Below are positions 8,324-16,676 of a stretch of DNA of 64,000 nt, one piece after another (within the stretch, counting starts at the first letter, position 1; each line of letters begins with the position of its first letter). The notes beneath the pieces are model-generated. The model was not told the DNA's origin. It was given only the letters and a program-made list of their open reading frames with translations, and did no database searches. The translations under genes and the position numbers were made by a program. The stretch comes from Saprospirales bacterium (lineage in GTDB: Bacteria; Bacteroidota; Bacteroidia; Chitinophagales; Saprospiraceae), in assembly GCA_016711045.1 (NCBI GenBank), contig JADJTT010000014.1, positions 12,602 to 76,601 on the forward strand, given 5' to 3'.

Positions 8324-10177
8324 ATGATCAAGCACCTCCTACTAACGCTACTTTTCCTTTCTGCCACCATCCTGTTGCCCGCGCAGGCAGGACTGCTCCG
8401 AAAGGCGGAAAAGAAGATGGACGCCCTGGATTTTCAGGCAGCTATTTTGCAGCTGGAGAATGGATTGGGAAAAAAGCCCACTCCCCCTGGTGCGGCTCTG
8501 TTGGGCGAATGTTACCGCCGTACCGGTAGGTTTGAGGAGGCGGAGACCTGGTTTCAAAAAGTAGCTGACTGGTCGGAGGTCCGGCCCCAATTTATGTTGA
8601 GCTATGCGCGCACCTTACAGCGCAACGCGCATTATGAGGAAGCGGCAACGTACTACACGCAGTACCTGGGACGGGTACCCAACGACCAGTTGGCAAAGGC
8701 GCAGGTGGAAGCATGCCGCCATATCCGCGATTTGCAGGAGCGGGGAATGGGATGGTGGGAAGTGCAACCCTTGCCGCTCAACTCCGAATACCGGGAGTTT
8801 TGTCCCGTTTTCTACGAAAATAACCTGGTTTTTTGCGCCGACCGCCCTACAGAAGGCTTGTCCAATTACCAGGATGCCTGGACAGGGGAGGGGTTTCTCG
8901 ATATCTTTAAAGTGGTGCGCAAAACCCTGGATCCATCCTTGTGCGCTTCTTATTCCTATGGCCCCCCAGCGCTGTTCAATACCGCCATGAGTTCCCGCTA
9001 TCACGAGGCCTCCGCCCATTTCTCCTCCGACGGGGAAGTGATCTATTTCACCAGCAACGCCCCCGGCTCTGGTAAGCACCGCGACGATTCCGGACTGCTT
9101 CGGCTCCGGATCATGTATGCCCGCAAATTGCCGGGACACCGGGGCTGGACCGAACCCTTGCCTCTTTCCATCAATAGCGAAGAATATTCCGTGATGCACC
9201 CCTGCCTGTCGGCCGACGGGCGACGCCTTTTCTTTGCTTCCGACATACCGGGAGGATATGGAGGACTCGATCTCTATTACGTCGAAGAAAACCAGGGCGT
9301 ATGGGGGCCGTCCATCAACCTGGGCCCTGCAATTAATACTCCAGGGAATGAGGTCTTTCCCTATTTTGCCCCCGATGGCGCCCTCTATTTCTCCTCCGAC
9401 GGATGGGGTGGATTGGGTGGATTGGATATTTTTTCTACCCGTCTTTCTACCGAAGGAAATACGGCCCCTCCTTTTAATCCGGGCTTTCCCCTGAATTCCC
9501 CTGCCGACGACTTCGGCTTTATCTGGGAAGAAGTAGACCACTGTGGCTATTTTTCGAGCGACCGCCCCGGGGGTGCAGGCAAAGACGACCTCTATGTCTT
9601 CCGGCGCATTGCCCATCCCATTCATCTGGAGATCGTGGATGCCGATTCCGGTGTTTTCCTGGGAGGAGGCTTCCTCTCTTCCGGTTGCCGCCCGGATAGT
9701 CTTCAGGTGCTGGACGGGCAGGCAAACTGGGAGATCCCGCACAATGCCTGTTGTGAGCTGGATGCCCGGATCCCCGGCTATCTTCCTGCCATGACCCGCC
9801 GCTGTACCTATAATCTGCCTGCCGGAGAACCCCTGCACCTTACCATTTCCTTGAAAGCCCAACCGGTGTATACGTTGGAAGGGATCGTATTTCAGCATAC
9901 CAGCGGACTCCCTTTGGAGGAAGTACAGATCCATTTGGTCGACAAAGAAACAGGAAAGGTGGTGGCCAATTACACCACCAATTTTAGCGGCCGGTTTGAG
10001 ATCCCGCTGGAGGAAGGGATCTGCTACCAATTGCGGATTTCCAAAAACGGGTATTCGCCCCTGAATGCGGATGGGCCTTGCGTGCCCCTTCAGGGGAAAT
10101 CGGAAACCTACAAGTTTAAACTCTACATGAAGGGGATCGGCGAAAACGGAGGAAGCTGGTTGGAAGGCGGGAAATAG
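8324..10177 (+). CDS. Secreted TPR plus PD40/TolB-like beta-propeller repeat protein with a CarboxypepD_reg-like C-terminus
   Basis: Signal peptide MIKHLLLTLLFLSATILLPAQA, TPR-like helices, and repeated ...DG..L.F.SD..GG.GG.D.Y motifs. The 7832 ORF start is an out-of-context extension overlapping sprF. Confidence 0.7.
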   Translation: MIKHLLLTLLFLSATILLPAQAGLLRKAEKKMDALDFQAAILQLENGLGKKPTPPGAALLGECYRRTGRFEEAETWFQKVADWSEVRPQFMLSYARTLQRNAHYEEAATYYTQYLGRVPNDQLAKAQVEACRHIRDLQERGMGWWEVQPLPLNSEYREFCPVFYENNLVFCADRPTEGLSNYQDAWTGEGFLDIFKVVRKTLDPSLCASYSYGPPALFNTAMSSRYHEASAHFSSDGEVIYFTSNAPGSGKHRDDSGLLRLRIMYARKLPGHRGWTEPLPLSINSEEYSVMHPCLSADGRRLFFASDIPGGYGGLDLYYVEENQGVWGPSINLGPAINTPGNEVFPYFAPDGALYFSSDGWGGLGGLDIFSTRLSTEGNTAPPFNPGFPLNSPADDFGFIWEEVDHCGYFSSDRPGGAGKDDLYVFRRIAHPIHLEIVDADSGVFLGGGFLSSGCRPDSLQVLDGQANWEIPHNACCELDARIPGYLPAMTRRCTYNLPAGEPLHLTISLKAQPVYTLEGIVFQHTSGLPLEEVQIHLVDKETGKVVANYTTNFSGRFEIPLEEGICYQLRISKNGYSPLNADGPCVPLQGKSETYKFKLYMKGIGENGGSWLEGGK

Positions 10178-10318
10178 AATTTATCGGCAAACCCTCCCCG
10201 TTGATCGAGAAGTTGTCCACTTTTGGTAGAGCACTTTTGGAAAGTTAAAGAAAAATATAAAGATTTGAATGTTCGCGCTTGGCAGCGTCAACATTCAACA
10301 TAAAAATGAAAATTTATC

Positions 10319-10693
10319 ATGGAAAATCAGCCCCTGGATAACCCCCAACAATTAAGTGAACGCGACGAACGGATGTTTGCCACCTTTGCACACCTCGGCA
10401 TGATCGCCGGTTTTGTCTTCCCGCTTGGGAATATCATTGTTCCCCTTGTCATCTGGCTCACCCAGCGCGACAAGTCTGATTTTGTAGATGCCCACGCCAA
10501 GGAAGCCCTCAACTGGCAACTTACGGTGACGATCCTTGCCTTTGGCGGCATTATCCTCTCCATGCTCATCATCGGGATACCCTTGCTCATCATGCTCGGC
10601 CTGGCCTGCCTGGTATTCAGCATCCTGGCAGCCATCAAAGCCAATGAAGGCTCGATGTATGCCTATCCGTTTAATTTTAGAATCATTAAGTAA
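10319..10693 (+). CDS. DUF4870-like small membrane protein
   Basis: ERDERMFATFAHLGMIAGFVFPLGNIIVPLVIWLTQRDKSDFVDAHAKEALNWQLT and three or four TM helices. Confidence 0.7.
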   Translation: MENQPLDNPQQLSERDERMFATFAHLGMIAGFVFPLGNIIVPLVIWLTQRDKSDFVDAHAKEALNWQLTVTILAFGGIILSMLIIGIPLLIMLGLACLVFSILAAIKANEGSMYAYPFNFRIIK

Positions 10694-10697
10694 TCGA

Positions 10698-10727
10698 TTA
10701 AGAAAGGCGCTTTTGCGCCTTTCTTAA
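10698..10727 (+). terminator. Rho-independent terminator
   Basis: ttaagaaaggcgc tttt gcgcctttcttaa: 13-bp perfect stem with a 4-nt loop. Confidence 0.65.
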
Positions 10728-10738
10728 ATATCTTTATT

Positions 10739-11170
10739 ATGGACCATCTCCTCGACGACTACCTCCCCTCCGGCGAACCTGAATACGCCCCGTTTTTCCA
10801 GCGTGCCATTGCTTTTTTGCTCGACATGCTCATCGTAGGTATTCCCCTCGGCATTTTTATGACCCGGGTGGACGGCGGGCCTTTTGATATAGGCGCACTA
10901 CCGTCCTTTGCCACTACCTTGTTGATCTGGCTGTATTTTGCAGTTCAGGAAAGTTCCTGGAAGCAGGCCACTATCGGCAAGAGCGTGATGGGCCTGAAGG
11001 TCACCGACCAGCACGGCGAGCGCCTCACCTTTGCCCGCGCCACCGGACGGCATTGAGGGAAGATCCTTTCTTCTGCGTTCCTCGCCATCGGCTATATTAT
11101 GGCCGGATTTACGGAAAAAAAGCAGGCTTTGCATGATATGATTGCGGGGACGTTGGTGGTGAAAAACTGA
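10739..11170 (+). pseudogene. RDD-family membrane protein interrupted by an in-frame TGA
   Basis: Same-frame reading gives ...LTFARATGRH-TGA(11054-11056)-GKILSSAFLAIGYIMAGFTEKKQALHDMIAGTLVVKN-TGA. The part after the internal stop is the conserved RDD C-terminus. Confidence 0.75.
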
Positions 11171-11175
11171 CCACC

Positions 11176-11270
11176 CAGTCACCCACCAGTCACTAGTCAC
11201 CAGTCACTAGTCACCAGTCACCAGTCACTAGTCACCAGTCACCAGTCACTAGTCACTAGTCACCAGTCAC
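11176..11270. repeat. Heptanucleotide tandem array (YAGTCAC)n, 12 contiguous perfect units plus one degenerate unit
   Basis: Units start at 11187, 11194 ... 11264. They alternate CAGTCAC and TAGTCAC. The array fills the whole gap between convergent genes and overlaps the last 5 codons and the TAG stop (11256-11258) of the nuclease gene. Confidence 0.95.
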
Positions 11271-12302
11271 CTCCCTCAACAAAAACACATACACCGGAAA
11301 GTGATCACTATACCCGCCCAGGTAGGTATCCCCGGCGAAAGTGCGGAACGGGTAGCCTTTAAAGTTGCCCGATTTCTGCACCAGGAAGGGCTTGTTGAAG
11401 ACACGGGCCTGGTAGAAATTGTACCCGCCGGTATCCTTGTTCACTAATCCATACGACACCATGATCTGGTCGAAGAGGTTCCAGGCATCGTTGTAGGCGA
11501 GGGTGCCGTTGCCTTTGGCGTAGAGGTCCCACATGGGGTTGAACAGGCCCCCGGCGCGCACCTCATCGGCATTGCGCTTGGCCCGGAGGACATTCTTAAC
11601 ACTCGGGCTGATCGGGTCGTCGTTTAAGTCGCCCATGATCAACACTTTGGCGTTGGGGTCGGCGGTGCAGAGCGAATCCACCACATTTTTGCAGAGCAAA
11701 GCCGCCATCTCCCGCAAATGCTGCGTGGTCTTCTCCCCACCCGAACGGGAAGGCCAGTGGTTGACAAGGATATGGATCAGCTCCCCGTCGAACAGGCCGC
11801 TGACGAAGAGGATGTCGCGTGTAAAGCGCACCACGCCGTTCGATTCATATGACCCCATGGGGATGGTCCGGCTACTCAACACCTCAAAATATTTGGGGTT
11901 GTAGAGCAAGGCTACATCGATGCCCCGCCCATCGGGTGAGTCATAGTGTACGATTTGGTAGTTGCGGTCTTTCACCTGTGCCTGACTGGCAAAATCTTCC
12001 AATACCTTCCGGTTTTCAACCTCCGCGACTCCGAGCAGGGCCACGCCATCTGGCGTTAGCTCCGTGCCCAACTGGGATACCACCTCGGCCAGGTGCGAAA
12101 GCTTCTCCGTGTAAATGGCCGTCCCGTAGCGTTTGGGGCCGTCTGGTGTGAATTCCGTATCCGATACATCAGGCGTGTCGAGCGTGTCGAAGAGGTTTTC
12201 AAAATTGTAAAAACCGATGCAGCCTACTTTGTAGGATTTTTCTTGTGCAAAAACGGAAATTGTGACTCCAAGGAACAGAAAAATGATTGGAAGGGCTCTC
12301 AT
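11256..12302 (-). CDS. Secreted endonuclease/exonuclease/phosphatase (EEP) family protein
   Basis: Signal peptide MRALPIIFLFLGVTISVFAQ. EEP motifs IGFYNFENLFD, LLGVAEVEN, NHWPSRSGG, GDLNDDP and SDHFPV. Confidence 0.85.
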   Translation of the reverse strand: MRALPIIFLFLGVTISVFAQEKSYKVGCIGFYNFENLFDTLDTPDVSDTEFTPDGPKRYGTAIYTEKLSHLAEVVSQLGTELTPDGVALLGVAEVENRKVLEDFASQAQVKDRNYQIVHYDSPDGRGIDVALLYNPKYFEVLSSRTIPMGSYESNGVVRFTRDILFVSGLFDGELIHILVNHWPSRSGGEKTTQHLREMAALLCKNVVDSLCTADPNAKVLIMGDLNDDPISPSVKNVLRAKRNADEVRAGGLFNPMWDLYAKGNGTLAYNDAWNLFDQIMVSYGLVNKDTGGYNFYQARVFNKPFLVQKSGNFKGYPFRTFAGDTYLGGYSDHFPVYVFLLREVTGD

Positions 12303-12446
12303 AGGAAAATTGACTTGGTGAAAAGACTTGACGAAAGTAAGTATTCGCAGTTTTCTGACAAAAATAAATGAGTCCGGACGCTCGGAAATCCATAAAACTC
12401 CTAATTTAGGCCATCTTTTTAGACACGATCGTTTAATGCTGTCTTT

Positions 12447-15242
12447 ATGAATCGAATCCTTACCCTCTTTTTACTCCTCGCCATTCCCTTTCTTCTCCCC
12501 GCTCAAATCATTCTTTTTCAAGGAAAAGTCGTCGAACCCAACACCGGCAAGCCGCTGGAGGGCATCCTGGTCAGCACCGACTATGAGGAAGTGACTACCG
12601 ACAAAGACGGCGCCTTTGAAATGGAACTCTCTGCGGATGTTCGCCGGGTCGTTTTTCATTTTATGAAGAATGGATACGACTTCATGCAAATCGATTATGA
12701 AGTAAAAGGAATGGAGGTACAGGACCTGGGCACGATCCAGCTTTCGCTCAACGGCCAACAGGCCAATGAATTGCAGGCTAAAGAAGACCAGATCCCTACT
12801 GTCGTTATCTCGGAAGATGACCTGGATGGAGGCGATGCCAACACTCAGGATATTTCGGGCCTGTTGACCGCTTCCCGCGATGTCTTTGTGGCTGCGACCT
12901 CTTTTACCTTCGGTCCCGCCCGCTTTCGCATCCGGGGCATTGGAGCGGAAAACACCTCCGTGTTGCTCAATGGTGTGCCAGCGAACGACCTGGAAAGCGG
13001 ACAGGTGTACTGGAGTTCCTGGGGTGGCCTCAACGATGTGCTGCGCTACCGCCAGACCGACATCGGGCTTGGATCCATGGAATACACCATGGGCGGAATA
13101 GGAGGGGGAAGCTCCATCGATACCCGGGCAACCACCCAGCGCAAGCAGCTTCGGGCTTCTTACGCTATTTCCAACCGCACCTATCGCAATCGCCTGATGC
13201 TGACCTGGTCGAGCGGACAACTGAAGAACGGCTGGGCTGTATCGCTGTCCGGATCGCGCCGCTGGTCGGAAGAGGGCTATGTCGAAGGCACCTTCTATGA
13301 TGCCTGGTCCTACTTCGCCTCGATCGACAAACTGATCGGCAAAAAACACCAACTAAACCTGACAGCCTTTGGCGCCCCCATCAAGCGCGGACGTTCCAGC
13401 GGTTCCATCCAGGAAATGTATGACCTGGCGGGTAACAACTACTACAACTCTTATTGGGGCTTTCAGAATGGCGAAAAGCGCAATTCCCGGGTGGCCACTA
13501 TCCACCAACCTATGTTTATCCTGCGCCATGACTGGAAACTGGGCGAAAAAACAAACCTGACCAGCGCGATTTCCTACCAGTTTGGCCGCAACGGCAGTAC
13601 GGCGATCGACTGGTACAATGCCCGCGATCCGCGGCCGGATTATTACCGGTATCTCCCCAGCTATGTAATCGACCCGGACCAGAAGCTCCTGGTGGAAGAG
13701 GCTTTCCGCAACAATGAATCCACCCGTCAGCTGGATTGGGACTACATGTATAACGTGAACTACAACAGCCAGGAAACAGTCGAAAACGCAAATGGGATAA
13801 AGGGCAATTCGGTATCGGGTCTGCGCTCCAAATACATCGTCGAAGAGCGCCGGTACGACAGCAAGAAATACAATTTCAACACCGTTTTTCAGCATTTTCT
13901 GACCGATCACATCACCCTGAACGGGGGCCTGGGCTACCAGATCTTTCAGGGCGATAACTATAAGGTGGTCAACGACCTGCTGGGTGGGGAGTTTTACCTC
14001 GACATCGACCGGTTTGCAGAAACGGATTTTCCCGATAATCCCGATGCCAAGCAAAACGACCTCAACACGCCCAACCGTATATTGAAGGAAGGCGATCGAT
14101 TCGGGTACGACTACGACCCCAATATCCGCAAAGGCAACGTGTGGGGCCAGGGCGTATTTTCCACTTCCAAGGTCGATTTCTTCCTGGGTGGCGAATTGTC
14201 GTCGACCACCTTCTGGCGTCACGGCGATGTCGTCAATGGCCGCTTCCCGGACAATTCGTTCGGCGACTCTGAAAAGCAAAAATTCCAGAATTATACCCTG
14301 AAAGGCGGAGTGACCTACAAGATCAGCAACATCCACTACTTGTATGCCAATGCCGCCATGCAGACGCGGGCGCCTTTTTTCCGCAACTCCTACATCTCCC
14401 CGCGCACCCGCGACCAGGCAGCATCCAATCTGGTCAGCGAGAAGATCCAGTCGGGAGAAGCCGGTTATATGCTTCGCTCGCCTCGCGTTAAAGCACGGGC
14501 TTCGGTGTATTGGGCACAATTTCAGGACCAAACCCGCACCATCAGCTTTTACAACGACGAAACCATCGTAGGCGATAATTCCGAAGACCTGATCGACCTG
14601 GGCTTCGTCAACTTTACCCTCTCGGGTATCGATTCGCGGCACATTGGTACCGAGTTGGCTGTCGAGTTTAAAGTGAACTCAGCCCTGACGCTCAACGGCG
14701 TAGCGGCGCTTGGACAGTATATCTACACCTCCCGTCCCACCGCTACCATCGTCAACGACAATAATCCGGACATCGCCATCACCGATCGGGTGATCTACCA
14801 AAAGAATTTCCGCATTCCCGGCACGCCCCAGAATGCCTACACCGCCGGCATCAATTACAGTGGAAAGAAATACTGGTTTGCCAACCTGAATGTCAACTAC
14901 TTCGACAACGTCTGGATCGATTTCAACCCCAACCGCCGTACCGAAGAAGCCATCTACGATGTGGAGCAAGGTTCGGATTCCTGGACTAATATTCTGGATC
15001 AGGAAAAAGCCGCTCCGGCCTGGACCGTCGACTTTTTCGGCGGAAAATCATTCAAGATCAAGGACATGTTCCTCTACCTCAACGTAGGGGTGAGCAATTT
15101 GCTCAACAACCAGGACTTTGTCACCGGTGGCTACGAGCAGCTTCGTTATGACTTTGTAACGAAAGACCCCGACCTCTTCCCCTCCCGGTATTTCTATTAT
15201 TTCGGAAGGACTTACTTTATTAACTTGAGCCTGCGCCTTTGA
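12447..15242 (+). CDS. TonB-dependent outer-membrane receptor with an N-terminal carboxypeptidase-regulatory-like domain
   Basis: Signal peptide, then a CarboxypepD_reg-like stretch (GKVVEPNTGKPLEGILVS), a plug (FRIRGIGAENTSVLLNGVPANDLESG), and about 700 aa of beta-barrel. Confidence 0.85.
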   Translation: MNRILTLFLLLAIPFLLPAQIILFQGKVVEPNTGKPLEGILVSTDYEEVTTDKDGAFEMELSADVRRVVFHFMKNGYDFMQIDYEVKGMEVQDLGTIQLSLNGQQANELQAKEDQIPTVVISEDDLDGGDANTQDISGLLTASRDVFVAATSFTFGPARFRIRGIGAENTSVLLNGVPANDLESGQVYWSSWGGLNDVLRYRQTDIGLGSMEYTMGGIGGGSSIDTRATTQRKQLRASYAISNRTYRNRLMLTWSSGQLKNGWAVSLSGSRRWSEEGYVEGTFYDAWSYFASIDKLIGKKHQLNLTAFGAPIKRGRSSGSIQEMYDLAGNNYYNSYWGFQNGEKRNSRVATIHQPMFILRHDWKLGEKTNLTSAISYQFGRNGSTAIDWYNARDPRPDYYRYLPSYVIDPDQKLLVEEAFRNNESTRQLDWDYMYNVNYNSQETVENANGIKGNSVSGLRSKYIVEERRYDSKKYNFNTVFQHFLTDHITLNGGLGYQIFQGDNYKVVNDLLGGEFYLDIDRFAETDFPDNPDAKQNDLNTPNRILKEGDRFGYDYDPNIRKGNVWGQGVFSTSKVDFFLGGELSSTTFWRHGDVVNGRFPDNSFGDSEKQKFQNYTLKGGVTYKISNIHYLYANAAMQTRAPFFRNSYISPRTRDQAASNLVSEKIQSGEAGYMLRSPRVKARASVYWAQFQDQTRTISFYNDETIVGDNSEDLIDLGFVNFTLSGIDSRHIGTELAVEFKVNSALTLNGVAALGQYIYTSRPTATIVNDNNPDIAITDRVIYQKNFRIPGTPQNAYTAGINYSGKKYWFANLNVNYFDNVWIDFNPNRRTEEAIYDVEQGSDSWTNILDQEKAAPAWTVDFFGGKSFKIKDMFLYLNVGVSNLLNNQDFVTGGYEQLRYDFVTKDPDLFPSRYFYYFGRTYFINLSLRL

Positions 15243-15249
15243 TTTTCAG

Positions 15250-15326
15250 AGGGATTAATGGGATTGAAAGGGATTAGAAGGGATTATGCAAATCCAATCC
15301 CTTTCAATCCCTCCTAATCCCATTAA
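15250..15326. repeat. GGGATT(n3-4) x4 followed by AATCCC(n4) x4: an imperfect long hairpin built from a hexamer
   Basis: agggattaatgggattgaaagggattagaagggatt - atgca - aatccaatccctttcaatccctcctaatccc, lying between the TonB receptor stop (15242) and the lipoprotein start (15358). Confidence 0.85.
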
Positions 15327-15357
15327 ATTCTTCATCTCCCACAAGGAAATTATACCA

Positions 15358-16617
15358 ATGAAAAAGACATTTTACTTCTTCGGACTTCTCTCTTTCTTAT
15401 CCTTTTCCATCCTCACCTGGCAAGGCTGTGTGAAACTGGAATTTGACAATCCCCCAGCCACAGCACTCTGTGAATGGGTTTCCACCACCACCATTGCCGA
15501 ACTGAAAGCGATGTATCCAGGTTCCGACCTGGTGATCCAGGACCCGCTGATCATCGAAGGGGTAGTCGTAGCCGATGATTCCTCCGGCAATTTCTACCGT
15601 GCCCTGATCGTCCAGGATGCTACGGCCGGCATTGAAGTACGCTTTGCCGGTACAGACCTCTACAACGATTACCCTATGGGCCGTAAAGTATTTGTCAATT
15701 GCCAGGGGCTGACCTTGTCCAATTACAACGGGGTGTTGCAACTGGGCGAGATCCAGGCAGCCCTGATCGACGACTACATCTGCCGGGGCGCCAAGAATCA
15801 GGTCGTGGAACCGGTAGTGGTGACGATCGATCAGTTGAATGCCAGTTATATCGACCGGCTGGTGCGTTTGGAAGGCGTACAGTTTGACGCTGGAAGCGCA
15901 GGTGTGACCTATGCCGATGGGGTCAATTTTTTATCCGTCAACCTGACGCTGATGGAATGTGCCAGCGATGCGACTATCATACTTCGCAGTAGCGGATATG
16001 CCGATTTTGCTACCAAGCTAACCCCAACCGGCAGCGGGTATGTCGATGCGATCTACAGTGTGTATCAGAGCGATAAACAACTGTTAATCCGCCATGAGCG
16101 CGATGTGCAGATGGACAACGCGCGGTGCGAGTCGCTGCTCAACGAATCCTTTACCGGGGTTCCCACCAACCAGGATCTTAACCTGCCCGGATGGACCAAT
16201 ATAGCCGTCAAAGGTACCCGCTTGTGGAGAGGGGCTTCCTTTAGCGGTAATTTTTATGCCCAGGCAACCGCGTATCAGGATACCAACAATGAAATGGAGA
16301 CCTGGCTGATCACCCCACCGATCAACCTCGATAACCCGAAAACCCTTTCGTTTGAGAGCGCGATGGCTTTCTTCAACCATGATGGCCTGACTGCGCTGAT
16401 CTCCACCGACTTTTCCGGCAATGTAGCCACTGCTACCTGGACGCCCCTGAGTTGCAACCTTGCAGGCAGCGGCAACGCCAATTATGACTGGGTAGCTTCC
16501 GGCCCCATCGACCTATCCGGCTTTTCCGGTACCGGGCACGTGGCTTTCCGCTACATCGGCAATAAAACCAGCCAGACGACTACGTTCCAGCTCGATAACG
16601 TTCGCATAGTAGAATAA
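15358..16617 (+). CDS. Lipoprotein with an OB-fold-like (DUF5689/NucH-type) module and a choice-of-anchor-J/MAM-like C-terminal domain
   Basis: MKKTFYFFGLLSFLSFSILTWQGC lipobox. IEGVVVADDSSGNFYRALIVQDATAGIEVRF...VLQLGE is an OB-like module. The C-terminal ...TWLITPPINL...VAFRYIG...FQLDNVRI is MAM/anchor-J-like. Family names are from memory. Confidence 0.65.
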   Translation: MKKTFYFFGLLSFLSFSILTWQGCVKLEFDNPPATALCEWVSTTTIAELKAMYPGSDLVIQDPLIIEGVVVADDSSGNFYRALIVQDATAGIEVRFAGTDLYNDYPMGRKVFVNCQGLTLSNYNGVLQLGEIQAALIDDYICRGAKNQVVEPVVVTIDQLNASYIDRLVRLEGVQFDAGSAGVTYADGVNFLSVNLTLMECASDATIILRSSGYADFATKLTPTGSGYVDAIYSVYQSDKQLLIRHERDVQMDNARCESLLNESFTGVPTNQDLNLPGWTNIAVKGTRLWRGASFSGNFYAQATAYQDTNNEMETWLITPPINLDNPKTLSFESAMAFFNHDGLTALISTDFSGNVATATWTPLSCNLAGSGNANYDWVASGPIDLSGFSGTGHVAFRYIGNKTSQTTTFQLDNVRIVE

Positions 16618-16619
16618 TT

Positions 16620-16665
16620 AAAAGAAATGCAGGTGCCGATGGCCACCGGCACCCGCATTTCTTTT
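16620..16665 (+). terminator. Long hairpin/terminator
   Basis: aaaagaaatgc..ggtgccg..cggcacc..gcatttctttt: nested stems followed by T-rich sequence. Confidence 0.6.
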
Positions 16666-16676
16666 AATTTTACTAC

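Noticed and set aside
11054-11056. TGA recoding (selenocysteine, or a genetic code with TGA read as Trp or Gly) as an explanation for the in-frame stop in the RDD gene.
   Set aside because: TGA clearly terminates other genes in the window (UbiA at 7328-7330, the TonB receptor at 15240-15242, acs at 35915-35917). I see no SECIS-like hairpin directly downstream, and RDD proteins are not known selenoproteins.
11176-11270. Possible CRISPR array or other spacer-containing repeat (also considered for 52742-52846 and 55419-55544).
   Set aside because: The period is 7 nt with no unique spacers, and no cas genes are present. These are microsatellite-like heptad arrays, not CRISPR.
12303-12446. Riboswitch (for example cobalamin) upstream of the TonB-dependent receptor. 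Other 5' leaders were also checked for known riboswitch cores.
   Set aside because: I could recognise no conserved riboswitch core motifs (for example a B12 box). This cannot be fully excluded without a covariance-model search.
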